A stretch of 62,744 bases of DNA, the filler included, from Basidioascus undulatus (taxonomy: Eukaryota): the NCBI GenBank assembly GCA_000826855.1. It is 4 parts of 4 records of this genome, joined end to end, with 100 filler letters (N's around TTAATTAATTAA, not from the genome) between each part and the next. Parts side by side here need not be neighbours in the genome. Positions count along the whole stretch, not along the records: positions 1 to 15,626 come from JTLS01000633.1; positions 15,727 to 31,341 come from JTLS01000634.1; 2 more parts are not named here. One strand, given 5' to 3'. How positions within the stretch are numbered: position 1 is the first letter of the stretch; the number at the start of each line of letters is the position of its first letter. Shown here piece by piece: positions 12,541 to 24,447 of the stretch. The notes under the pieces were generated by a model. That model saw nothing but the letters and a program-made list of their open reading frames with translations. It did not search any database and was not told the origin of the DNA. The position numbers and the translations under genes are program-made.

Positions 12541-15207
12541 ATGGCGCAGAACGAACTCAGGAAGCGGAAACCGTCCCTTACGCAGGCCGACAAGTCGGGC
12601 GTTACCGACGCCGGTCGGGCGGTGGACCAGGAGACGTTCTTCAAGCACCAGCAGTGCGCACTGATTGCGATCGCTCGAGCTACCTCTTTCTGAAAACCTA
12701 ATCCCGGCGTTTTCAGATATGAATTCGGAGGGCCTTGGGGCACGGCCGCTATGGTTGTCGTCTTCCCCGTACGTCCTACATACGTCGAGTGCGCGAGGAT
12801 CAGCGGAGGACGGCGTGATAACGTGCCATCTTCGACAGGTTCTTATGTACTACTTCTACATCTGTCTGGCGAAATACGACGGCAAGTTTACGTACCCGGA
12901 GAGCACGAGCGACATCGTGCCCTGGCTCGAGCGGATGGGCCAGCACATCGTTCAGGTACGGTTGGCGCGCTATCTTGCTACTTAGCCCGCCGAAGTTCAA
13001 CTGCATCGCACGCAGGATGCCTATCCGACGCGGAACGCCTGGGTCATCTACGGCGGGCTCATGGCATTACAGCTTGCGCTCGCGTTCGTCATGCCCGGCC
13101 CCGTCCAGAAGGGTCTGCCGGTCCCGTCGCTCGACTACAAGGCCCTCGACTACCACTGCAACGCTCTGTCCTCTTTCTACGCGACGCTCGCGATCGCTGC
13201 AGGGCTTCATCTCTCAGGTATCTGGCGGCTGACCGAGATCGTCGACAACTTCGGTCCGCTCATGACCGTCTCGATGATTGTCGGCTTCGCCATCTCCTTC
13301 GTCGTCTACTTCCTCACCATCTTCTTCGGGGAGCCGATCCGGATGTCGGGCAACTTTTTCTGTGAGTTTTCTGATGCTTCGAAGGCTTGCGAGAGGAGGG
13401 CTAGGAAGCGTGCTGAAGGGAAGGATGGGCGATTAGACGACTTCTTCATGGGCGCGTGCCTCAACCCTCGCTTCGGCTCGGTCGACCTCAAAATGTTCGC
13501 TGAGGTCCGGTAAGTCAGAATAATTTATTTTTGTCTACGGTGGGTATGTTTCTTACGTTGGTGGAATGGTACAGCATCCCGTGGGTTCTACTGTTCGGCA
13601 TCGCGGTGTCTGCTGCGTGCAAGCAGTATGAACAGTACGGCTACCTCACTCCCGTGCGCCTGCAACCTTTGCCTCTCACCCTCGCTTCACCCTCACTGAC
13701 ATGGTAATATTACAGAACCTTGCTTTCATGGTCCTGGCCACCGGACTCTACATCAATGCATGGCAAGCCAGCCTCGTCTGCCAGCTCTCTCCGCCGCTCA
13801 TGCTGAATATGGTTTGATGCGGATAGTGCCAAGGGTGAAGGTATGGCTCCTCTTCTTGGCTTTCTGCACTTCCATTGATTCCTGCTCATTTGGGCTGAAC
13901 ATGGGCACACGCAACAGAATGCATCCCCCAGACTTGGGACATGAGGTTCGTCTGAGCTGTGCTGGTCACTAGCATACAGAGCAGGGTGTGGAAAACTTAC
14001 ATAACATTCTCAGCTTTGAGAAGTGGGGTTTTATGATCATCTTCTGGTAAGCCTTGTTTACATGTTCCGCATCATTATTGAACTGATATCATTCAACTCA
14101 GGAACTTCTCTGGTGTCCCCTTCACCTACTGCTACCCCATCATCTACCTCATCAACAACCCGCCAGAGACCTACCGCTTCTCTACCATTGGCTACATTGG
14201 CCTTTATGGTCTCCTCCTGCTCTCGTACTACTGGTGTGTCTGACTTCTCTGCTTGGCTATTGCATAGCTCACACATGTTCCTGCAGCTTTGACACGTCGA
14301 TGTCTCAGAAGAGCCGCTTCAAGATGCAGATGCAGGTGAGTATCTCTGAGGGTAAAGGCAAGTTGGAACTGTACTACTAACTCCCTTTGGTATTGCAGGG
14401 TGTCTATGTTCCCCGGTGGACATTCCCACAGCTGCCATGGGGCACGCTTGAGAACCCGACGTACATCAAGACCAAGCACGGCAACTGCCTTCTTACCAGC
14501 GGCTGGTGGGGTGTTGTTCGCAAGCCAGTATGTCAGCAATTTCTTGTCCCTTGCTCAACTGCCTTCAAGGCTGTGATCTGACTTTCCTTTGTTTTACAGA
14601 ACTACACTGCTGACTGGATTGTGCATGTTACAAGCTCATCATATGCTGAAACAGGCAGCTGATTCCACTCTCATCCCAACAGCAAGCTGCAACTTGGGGC
14701 CTGTCTACTGGCTTCCATAGCACTCCAATTGCACACTGGTACAGTAAGTCTGGGGGTGAATGGTGTGAGATGGTGCGTGGTCAATTGCTTACTTTCACAA
14801 CTGCAACAGCTGTCTGGTTCTGTATGTATTTGGTACCAGTCTGTTCTGGATCAAGGGCCTGAGCTGACATTTTGTGGATGACTTGCAGTTATTGGTAGGC
14901 TCATCTCACATCCCATTTCCTGTCAGACTGAGTGGCAGTAGGAACTGATCACTCTTGCCTGATCAGTCCTTACTCATCGCTGCTCCCGTGACTTTGAGCG
15001 GTGAGTGTCTCAAATCTGGGATCAGACTATCGTGCTTCTCATCAGCTGTCTTTTCCTGTCTCAGTTGCTCTGTCAAATATGGTGAAGACTGGAAGACATA
15101 TTGCTCCATTGTCAAATACCGCTTCATCCCTTACAGTAAGTTCTTTTACAACTTGTGCATGTTATTTGATTAAAAGCTGAGCAATGGGGTTGCTCTTAGT
15201 CTACTAG
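12541..15207 (+). CDS. ERG4: Delta(24(24(1)))-sterol reductase (ERG4/ERG24 family), about 20 exons
   Basis: YEFGGPWG, MSGNFFYDFFMGACLNPR, DLKMFAEVRIPW, NACAKGEECIPQTWDM, SQKSRFKMQ, RWTFPQLPW, LLTSGWWGVVRKPNYTADW, HRCSRDFERCSVKYGEDW..RFIPYIY*. Confidence 0.92.
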
Positions 15208-15321
15208 AGGATGTCTGCAATCTGGACTCAGCTGCCACAGCTTTCAGTTCGACTTTTCTCTCATGCCATTGTGATCTACTCGCATAACTATTGTAGACTT
15301 TCATACCATACATGCAGTACC

Positions 15322-15626
15322 TTAATGGGGTTCAAATGCGAAGGGATGAGGGAGGAAGCCGTTGACGACAGGCCAGGTGTTGGACTGGATGTGGATGGAC
15401 TGTCAAGAATTCGACTGGGCGGGGCAGACCACAGCGGGGGCTACCAGCTGACAGGGCTTTATGTTGGCAGGGATAGATTATGCGGCGAGGTAGGCGGGGG
15501 TGAAGACTAGGGCTAGGGCGGGAGTGGGAGAGCAAGACCAGATGGGGAGCAAGTAGAGGGTAATGGGGCACTATTATAGCTACCAGAAGGGCTGTGTTGC
15601 CAAAAGGCGGGGGAGGGCGGGAGTGT
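15322..15626 (-). pseudogene. Degenerate coding or repeat relic at contig end
   Basis: A C3-biased frame (PALALVFTPAYLAA*SIPANIKP...SNS*QSIHIQSNTWPVVNGFLPHPFAFEPH*) carries several stops; the other minus-strand frames give no convincing intact gene. Confidence 0.3.
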
Positions 15627-15726
15627 NNNNNNNNNNNNNNNNNNNNNNNNNNNNNNNNNNNNNNNNNNNNTTAATTAATTAANNNNNNNNNNNNNNNNNN
15701 NNNNNNNNNNNNNNNNNNNNNNNNNN
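15627..15726. other. Artificial contig spacer
   Basis: 44 N + TTAATTAATTAA (stops in all six frames) + 44 N. Confidence 0.98.
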
Positions 15727-16815
15727 GATTCGTCGGGCCGTGTGGATCGAAGCTTCGTCGTCATTGAAAGCGTGGTGCGGGAGAGGGGATGGTGGGCGGC
15801 GGGAGGATGGAAGTGGACGGTTTCGGGGGCGCAGGAGCAGGTGCAGGCACCGGGAGGGGATTTACGGGGAACGTTGCTTTGGGCGCGGCAGGCGGTGGCG
15901 GGGTAGGCGTAGGCGTGGGGGTGGCCACGGGAGCGAGCTTGGACGGTACGGGAGATGGGGATGCGGGGAGCTTGCCCTTCTTGCTGCTCTTTCCTTTCCC
16001 TCCCCCACCGACATCCTTCTTCTTGCCCTTGCCCCCGCTCGCGCCCGGGGAGGGTCGCAGGGGGCCGGGCTCGAAGTCGCCCATGATGTCGACCTCGATG
16101 TCGTCGTCATCCGCAGCAGCTGCAGCAGCTGCAGCCGACGTAGACGCGATGGCGGAGGAGGGGGTAGGTACCGGAATGGAAACGGGAGCGGGAGTGGGGA
16201 CGGGAGGAGGGAGAGATAGGGATGCAGTGGCGGGCGAGGCGGGCGAGGGCGTGGCGGAGGAGATGGGAAGGATGAAGTAGAAGACGCGGGTCGCGATCTG
16301 GACCTTCGTTCTACAATCCAAGCCCCATCTTGAGCATATCTTGCCCACAAGTTCCTCGTCTCATCACCCGGCACGCACCTTCGACCGAGCTCTATCCTGC
16401 CGCCCTTGCCATACCACAGTCCCTCGACCCACAGCCCGTTCCGCCCCTCGACGGTAAGGACAAAAACCTCGCGCTCAAAGTCGTATGATATCGTCGCGTG
16501 TAATCGCGATATTGATTTGAGATTGCCGAGGTCGATGTCGACTCTGGGCGCATTCGCGTACGAAGGCGAGGTCGGAGGCGGGCGGCGGCCAATGGTGACT
16601 GTGAGCGTCTGGAGGTAGTACGAAAAGGCGTCGGACTGGAAGTGCAGCTTGGCGTATGCATCACTGGGAGGTAGGGGCAGCTGTTAGTGCTCGACAGCCT
16701 ACCGCGACTTTGCGAAATTGCGCGCGTACATGGACGAGGGCGAAGCTGAATCTCGCGGTGAGGGGGATCGCCCCGACACCGCGAGCGCGGAAGGCCGCGG
16801 TACCACGAGCGACAT
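15727..16815 (-). CDS. FHA-domain transcription factor, Fhl1-like (forkhead-associated), 3' truncated
   Basis: AYAKLHFQSDAFSYYLQTLTVTIGRR..VDIDLGNLKSISRLHATISY..VEGRNGLWV..TKVQIATRVFYFILP resembles the Fhl1 FHA domain. A Pro-rich linker follows and runs into the spacer; the forkhead domain itself is not in view. Confidence 0.75.
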
Positions 16816-17352
16816 TGTAGCAGCAGCGGCTGGTACCGGTCCAATTGGGATGTGAAATTTGGAAAAATATTCGGGGAGCAGGCGGTAGTCTGGATGAGCT
16901 ATCAAGTGCGAGCGAAGCGAGGCAGCGGCAAGGGGCGGCCAGCCGCCGGAGGCAATCAGGGCAACAGCCACGTTGGGAATTCTCGCCGGCTCGTTTCGCG
17001 AACGAGATCTCTGTGAAATGCTGCCGCAGTGAAATACTGCCACTGCGCCGCGTGTGCAGACTGTATGTTACCTTGATGTCTTTATGAGGGTGAATAGAAA
17101 AGGACTGAAGAGGAAACCACCGAAAATTTGCTGCCGGAACCCATTTATTACCGGAAACCCGCAGATGTTCATCTTAAAGCAGTCGAACAGTACGTCGCCG
17201 GATGTTCGACGAGTGGGCATTCGACCATCAACTCTGATCCTTCCAAGTTTACATTGAAACACACAGTACAGCAACTGTCTTTGAAACTGTCGTCACGCCA
17301 ATCCAAGAGTCTCCAGCGATGGCGGCCTCTCCATGCATCCTTCCGGCGAATT

Positions 17353-19217
17353 TTATCCGTCGGTCAAAGCCACGCCCACCGAGTACTGCCCATTGCTGCC
17401 CTTGCTGTCCCGCTTCGTCGACACCTCGCTCTTTCCCATAACCAGCTGGAATGTCAACGGAACCGGTTGCGCTTCGAGCGCCTTGGCGCGCTCGCGCTCC
17501 TCGTATCGAGTCTCGATGATGAACGTGCTGCGCGTGACGATGAAGAGGAGGACGTCGAAGAAGCCTGAGATACTTTTGGTAAGACTTTGGCTAATGTGAA
17601 AGCCCACAGATAATGGACCTACCGGATAAGGCGTATAACGTCCCGGCGATACTTATGAACGCGTAAGAGGGATGTACGTTAGCCATGCCGCCGAACTCAA
17701 TTACGTCGATCGGGACTAGAAAAACACTGTAGAGAAGAGGATCTGGCATTTTCCATAGGGTCAGCTTATGTAGAAGCCGCTGTGTGCTCACCGCTGTCAG
17801 TCAAGTCCCACCAAGTTCGAACGACTTACAGAGAAGGAGTTTCCTGGCCGTGGAAAGCATGTTGCGGCCGATGTCCAAATTCCCAACGACGTCCTCGTTC
17901 AGGCCGGTTATAGTGCTCGTAACGGCTGTGGCCTCCTCGTAATCCTCGTTCCGGACCATCCAGGGCGAAAAGCAGGAGAATCGGGCCAACCAGTGGCCGA
18001 GCGTACGCAGCGCCCCGCAGCGGCAGCGAGTCGGCCAACACCGAGTCGGCATCCAGAAGCGATCGCCGCCGAAGGTACTGGCTGCCTTGATGTAGATCCC
18101 GACGTACGCGACGAGAAGCATGGCCCAAGAGACCTTGCACCATATCTGTCCGGGAAGGAGCACAATGAGACGAGGGGGGAAGAGCGAAGCGGGTTGTGAA
18201 GAAAGAACAGACTTGCGTAGAAGCACCAGAGCTGAGAGCTCTCTCGAGTGGGGTCAATCCAGCAGCCGAGTGCGCTCCAGGCGTCGTAGAAATGACCGTG
18301 CGGAGAGAACGCGGTCGGACCGAGAATGACAATGAGAATGTTGATGCCCCATCCCCCAATGAGGACTGTCGGAACCACCCATTCCGGCGGTTGCCGATGG
18401 AAGACGATAACCGAGAGGGTGTGGTAGGCCATGGCCGTATTCCTTAAAAGGTGAACCGCTATTCAGAAAATGAGCTCGGGCAAATGGGAAGGTACGCAGT
18501 AGCTCAGGGATGGTGTACCAGATTGCCAGCCCGAGATTACCGATTTGTATCAATGCGCCTGTCTGCCTCTCCAGATCAGATACGTGAGGGACCGAGAGTA
18601 ACAGGATGCCTACCCTGTACGCTACAGACACCTCCTGGGCCGATGGTGCCTCGCCGCACCCACTCAAAGTTGAACATGTAGCCAACACCGTGGAAGGCCT
18701 GCCGCGTCCCAGGCTACCATGAGGGTTGCGCAGAGACAGGAAAACTGGACACTAACATTCGTCACGAACATGCTCATCAAGTAAAGGCCCGGAGGGCTAC
18801 GAACGAATGCAGGTAGACTGCGCCCTGAATACGAATGTGTTCGGGCTAGCCGCGACAGGAAGCCGTGCCACTGGGATAGTACCGACCGACCCAGCCCCGA
18901 GGTGAGTAGAGCTGATCCCCTGATCCCCTTTACCATTTACAGGGGAACAATACCTACTCACCATCAGATAGACCATCAAGACAATAGAACTTACGACCGA
19001 GATGAGCCCCCCGATGCCGATCGCCTGCAGGCCGCAACCGCCTCTTTAGTAAGGTGTGCGTGTCCCTTACACTCAGGTAGGCCAAATGCCTCCCAGGCAA
19101 TCCGAGCGCTCCAAGAACATGGTAAAAGAACCTCACAGTCACCCCCGCAATCCTCGCTGGACTATCGTCGAAACGCGGATGCCATATGGCCTCATTCGCC
19201 AACGCCCCGCTAACCAT
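17353..19217 (-). CDS. Git3/Gpr1-like 7-TM G-protein-coupled receptor
   Basis: Hydrophobic exons: AIGIGGLISVVSSIVLMVYLM, CSVQGALIQIGNLGLAIW, MAYHTLSVIVF, FYDAWSALGCWID, ARKLLLYPLLYSVFLVP, TLYALSGFFDVLLFIVTR. Confidence 0.75.
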
Positions 19218-20191
19218 TCTTGACGGGCGGTGGGATGGTAGGTTATGTCTTCAGGATATGTCCTGATGTGCACAGCGACAATGATTGAGGTGACTCAGAT
19301 CGTCGTGAGCCGTGCCTCACCCATTTTAGGCTTCGCGAAGGAGGTAAGGGGACGGCAGTCAGGGGACACACGTCTTACTCAGGTCGAGGGACCAGAGGAT
19401 ATGGACATGGTCAATTATTTGATACTTGGAGAATTGTTAATATTGCCGACGAAGGAGTGGTCGTCATGCCGCAGTGCAAACCGGACCGGGTGCAGCAGTA
19501 AGTGGCATCGCCTGAACCTGCGGTAGTCCCAGCGTCTGGCTGTTGCGATGCCGGCTCCCACTCCAAGTGGTGGCTAAGTGCACACGAATTCGTTGAAGAA
19601 GCTGAAGTGTGAGCCGTGCTTTAAAGACAAAACATAGGGAAGTTGGTGGGAGCTGGGACAGTTGAAGACGACCAAGCTCTAGTCGAGCGAGGCTGCGTTC
19701 TCGTTTCAATCTGGGTGTTTAGACTGGGTTGCGGGCCCCTCACTCAGGTGAACATTTGTTGACAGTTTTAGTTAAACGTGAGCATTTGTGAGCCCCACGG
19801 ACCAAACACGCTGTGGGCAGCAGGGGAAACGAGCAGACGGGAGAGGTCTTGGTGCACAAAAGTGCTCAATCAACTTCTTCGAATCGTAGGTCATTCTTCA
19901 GATACATGTATTCAACCCACTGCATGCCTCACACACACATTTCCCCGCCAGTCTTGGTTCGTAATACTGGAGAATAACAGTCCATCATGGAGCAGGCAGG
20001 ACGATCGACCGTTTCTCTCCCAGATGAAATGACGTCGGTTCTTGGCCGTTGAAGCTCAGCGAAAGCTGAGCTCATGCCCTCTAGCTTCACGTCTTCTTTC
20101 CCGCCCGCCAATGCTTCTTGCCTCCCGTGCATCACTGCGACGTCTACAATCTTTTGCAAGACATCTTACTTACTCTACCTCAACCTGAAAG

Positions 20192-21639
20192 ATGAAGATC
20201 GCTGTCACTGGTACGCACGCCGCTGTTTCAGCATCCACAGCCGCCGTTAGCATCGGCGAGAAGCTGAGTGCGTGGGTTGGATGCAGGTGCCCGAGGCAAA
20301 GTCGGCCAGGCCGTTGTTAAGATCGCGAATGGGGAAGGTCACTTTGTGTACGGTGAGTATGCAGCGTCACAGTATTGCGCGGAAGAGATATAGCTAACGC
20401 CGGGTATCGGCTTCGAACAGAGATCAACCGCGCGAACGTGCCCGAGGACGACAACCCCTTGAGCGAGCACCGCAAGGCGGAGGCCACGGATTACGGGCAG
20501 GTGCTGGAAGCGTTCAAGGGGGCGGACGCTGTTATTCAGTACGCTCCCGTCTCCGTTGCTCATGCGCACGAACGCTCTTACAGTTTCTCGGTGACAGTCT
20601 TGCAGCCATTCCCGATCCTCTCGGCAAGGAGGACCACAAGGTCCACAACAAGTGGGATATAATTCCAGTCAAATGGAATCCCTTCCTTAATCAGGACTGA
20701 TTGGGTTGTGCAGCAACGTCCAAACGAGCTACAATGCTATGCGCGCCGCAGCCGAGCTGGGTATCAAGCGTTTCTCCCTCGCGTCGTCTGTCAAGTAAGA
20801 CTTTTAAATCCTCTTAGTTCGCCGAAATCTTCAGTCACTCGCTGAAGCCGTGTCTACTGCTGCCATCAGCGCAACAGGCCTGGTTTTCAGTCGCGCCCCC
20901 ATCAAGCTAGACTACTTCCCCTTGGATGAGGTACTGCACCGCCCCTTTTTCTTTCTTCCTGACGAGATGTCTTTCTGAAGATTTCTCTTTCTGACTTATA
21001 CGTCTCAACGATGTAGGAGCACGGATGTTACCCCTCGGACCCTTACGCTCTTTCTAAACAGTGCGCGCTCTAACCTCCTCTCTTTTTGCTCCCGCTTGCT
21101 TCTATCTCTGATCCGTCTTTTTACTCAGAGAGTCGGAGATCCAAGCAGACTCGCTCGTCCGACAGTTCCCCTTCCTGCGGGTTGCCTCGCTGCGGATCCA
21201 CGAGGTCGCACCACTTACGCAGGTGAAGGAGGAGCACGACAAGGACCCCGAGTTCGCGAAGCGTCAGCTGTGGGCGTGGGTTCATCCTGAGGCGACGGCT
21301 CGGGCGTGTCTGGCCGGCGTGCTCCACGGGGACTGGGAAGGTCCGTGTTTCGATAAACCTCGAGGGCAGTGCACAATGCTGACCCGAGCCGTACAGGGCA
21401 CGAGCGGTTCAACATTGTCCGTCCATTACCTGCAACCTCCTTACAACTATGTTAACGCTTTCCGCTTTCATCTACATTAGGTGGCCCCCGAGACCACCCG
21501 TCAAGAGCCGTCCATTGAACTCGCGAAGAAGCACTATCCGACTGTGCCGATCAAGGGCGATCTTTCGGGGCGCAAGAGCTTTTTCAGCATCGAAAAGGCG
21601 GAGCGGGTGTTGGGTTGGCGGCACCATGAGAAGGAGTGA
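20192..21639 (+). CDS. NAD-dependent epimerase/dehydratase (extended SDR)
   Basis: MKIAVTGARGKVG (Rossmann), GADAVIHLAAIP, ASSVNATG, YFPLDE, DPYALSK (YxxxK), LWAWVH..ARAC, FSIEKAERVLGW. Confidence 0.88.
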
Positions 21640-21972
21640 AGGGGTTGAACATGTCTAGAGAGAGTCGCACGAGAGAACTGAAGCGACGTGCAGAATGAAG
21701 CGACGATGTTCACAATGTCCTTTTGTACACCTACAACACGGCAACCTCAGACCCAAGGGCTATCACAAGTGTGTCCGCGTATTCCGGTAACCCTGGTATA
21801 GGTGTGTTGGTGTCGCGATTGTCTGTAAAATTGGGAGCCTCTGCGCAATCGGAAGAGGCAGAACGGCATGCCCAGTGTGCATCAATCCATGTTACGGTCG
21901 AAACTCAGGTCCGTTCGAGTCAAAAAAAAAAACTCCAACAGACATGAACTTGTTTATTAAATTGTCCTTCAA

Positions 21973-23302
21973 TCATGCAAGCACAGCCCTACGAGCGACA
22001 GCCCAAAACCAGCCCTCACGACTCCAGACGGAACACCGCCGCGCCACCCGCCAGGCGGCAAAGCGTGCAGTCACGATAGCGGTGGCACAGAAGTTTCGGG
22101 GGTCGGTCGCCATATCTTCTCTGAAAAGGGCATCGGCTACAGCGGCGACGAGGGCCTGAATATGATGCAGGTTGGCTCGCTCTATGTGTGTTTTCCATGA
22201 GTAGTTCCGAACGGGCTGCATGATGTTTGCACAGTATGCTCTCCGGGAAGCTCATTGACGCAGGCCTGCCAGCCGTGAGTCACGCCAACGTGCGTGTAGG
22301 CGAAGACGTTCGCGAACAGCGGCAGTTGCTGAGGGGTCCGAAAGAGCAGGTAGGGGCGGAGCTGCTCGCGCTCGATCATGACGCCGATGAGCGCGCCGAC
22401 CTTTTGAGCAAGCGGAGCTCGCGCTGTTTGAACTTTTGGCAACGTCGCTGGTGGATAGGAGAGGAATGAGGCCGGGTCTGCAACCCCCACAGACTGACTG
22501 TGCAAGCACCGACTTACAGTGAATCAGCGTTCACGACAGGATTGGCCACAAAGCATGCCGCCCAGGTCGCCCATCCGAATGCGCCGCCGGAGCCCGCGAT
22601 GCGGCAGTAGTCCTACCAAGATGTGGTAAGCTCCTCCAGCATAACGGGGGTTGCTTGACCTGGCGGCCCGGCGCTGCACAACGTAGCGCCTGGTCTGCAT
22701 CCGTTCCGTCTGGATTCTTTTTTGGCGGTGGGTCTTGAGGACAGTTGGTCTTCATTCCCAGACAATCGTGGTTGTCCCCTTGGCTGAGGCGCGAGACGAG
22801 CGGGACGTTGGTTTAGTACACGCATTGGGGATTTGGACACCGCTCCCCCTCCCCCGAGCGACTAAGAAGGGACTTACGAAACGTAGCACGTCCAACCTGC
22901 AGGCCACCATAGAGTGAGCTAACGTTGCGCTCAGGAGGCCAAAAGCCTACCATTCTCGGTTTTCGCTGCCGGGTCATTGCGGCACTGGTCGCAGAGGTAC
23001 GTATAGCCTGTCGAATCGACACAGTACAAGTCGCCCTTGGGAACCGAATCGGGGTCGGCAGTGTTAGCATCCTGACACTGCCAGCCCTGGTTATTGTGGT
23101 AAATTTTAAAGCGTTGTTCAGTACCGGGTCACATCAGGATCTCATTGAAGGTGGGTGTAGCTTACAAGCTACTCTCGAAGCCGCCGTCGCGTGCGACCAG
23201 CGAAGTCGCATTGATATTTGAAGCCTGCGGAAGGCTAGCGACCTCTTTCCCAAAGATGGAGACAAGCGAAAAGATGATGAATGGGGATGCGAAGCGAGTC
23301 AT
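21973..23302 (-). CDS. Putative secreted cysteine-rich protein; exon phases do not all close, so possibly a pseudogene
   Basis: Signal/pro-peptide-like MTRFASPFIIFSLVSIFGKEVASLP..LVARDG, then exons GWQCQD..DLYCVDSTGYTYLCDQCRND..ENGWTCYVSQGDNHDCLGMKTNCP..LRCAAP..DYCRIAG..WAACFV. Confidence 0.45.
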
Positions 23303-24447
23303 GGCTCCCAGGAGCGATATTGGTGAAGCTGAGGGGTGAGCGCTCAGTGGACGCACTATTTATAACTTGGTCTCTCTGTTGTCGTACTTATACCGCGTAT
23401 TCTTGAGAAGCCAACCAGCGTCATGGCGCTTTTCCTTTGTGTTCTCCGCTTACTCTACCGGCCGTGTCGCCGCCTAGCGCTAGCCCTCCCAGCACAGCGA
23501 CGTGCACAGGAAATTAGTTCTATGAAATTTACCCGGACGATGGATGTATCGGCACGCCCAGTGAAGTCATGGTGTTTACTACCCACATGCACTGCAGCAG
23601 ATAGATTGGTCTGTGTTGTGGAGGACGTTTTTCGTCACCCGCATTGCTCCAACCGGCGGTATTTCCAAGACCAAAACTAATGCATTGCGCGGACCCTCTG
23701 ATGATTATTATTGGAGGTCAGTTACCTGGTGTACATAGACGAGCAGATAAGCGGTCCGCAGGGCAGGAAATGCAGGAAAGGTCTTGCGGAGCTGGGTGCA
23801 CTAGCCATCCGATTCGGAGACCAACGAGCTTATGACATTAATGTACTGAACACTTCACCGCCTCAATGCTCCTCACTGGTGCAAGCTAGTGGAGAGAGCG
23901 TCGCTTTTATTCCTTCGGTTGCTCAGGGACTGCTGTTACAAGTACATAGGTGCAACGTGTAGAAGTATGTATTTGGCTGCAGTCACTTTCCTGGCTTTCA
24001 CGGTCGCTTAAGGGCTCGGGAACCTCATGCTACAAAGACTAGACTAACCCGGCAATACCGATGAGTTGACCAAAGATCTGAACACCTGTCAACATCATCA
24101 GGTATTCTTGGGCAATGCTTGACGACTGAGGAAGCGGTGCGACCCGCCAGCGCGTCCACACTCATTTCAGGTCAACGGGCGAGCGAACGCACTCAACTTT
24201 CCATAGCCTGCTCCCCATCCGTCATACTCAGTAGAATGCGACCTTGACCTTGGGGGAAAGTCGCCCTTCTCAGCACTATCCGCCCTTTCTGATTTCGTAA
24301 TAGAATTTCAAGATAATCGGAAACGAGACAATGTACCTTGCAACACGGGGCCATCAGAGATTAAGCCACGGTGGCAGTGTACGCCTCATGAGTGGAGCAC
24401 ACACTCCAGCACAGAATGCGAGTCCAAGACACCAGTAGTATTCGCTC

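Noticed and set aside
15322..15626. TAA/TAG-to-Gln recoding suggested by stops at Gln-like positions in relics
   Set aside because: Conserved genes here end in TAG (ERG4, NDUFS4, SMC1, TAE1) and have no internal stops; C>T decay explains the pattern better.
15671..15682. TTAATTAATTAA as a regulatory or piggyBac TTAA site
   Set aside because: Identical in all three N-runs; it is a six-frame stop linker.
23400..24400. Short ORFs between the secreted-protein gene and the F-box-like gene
   Set aside because: No codon bias, splice pattern or motif sufficient to call a gene.
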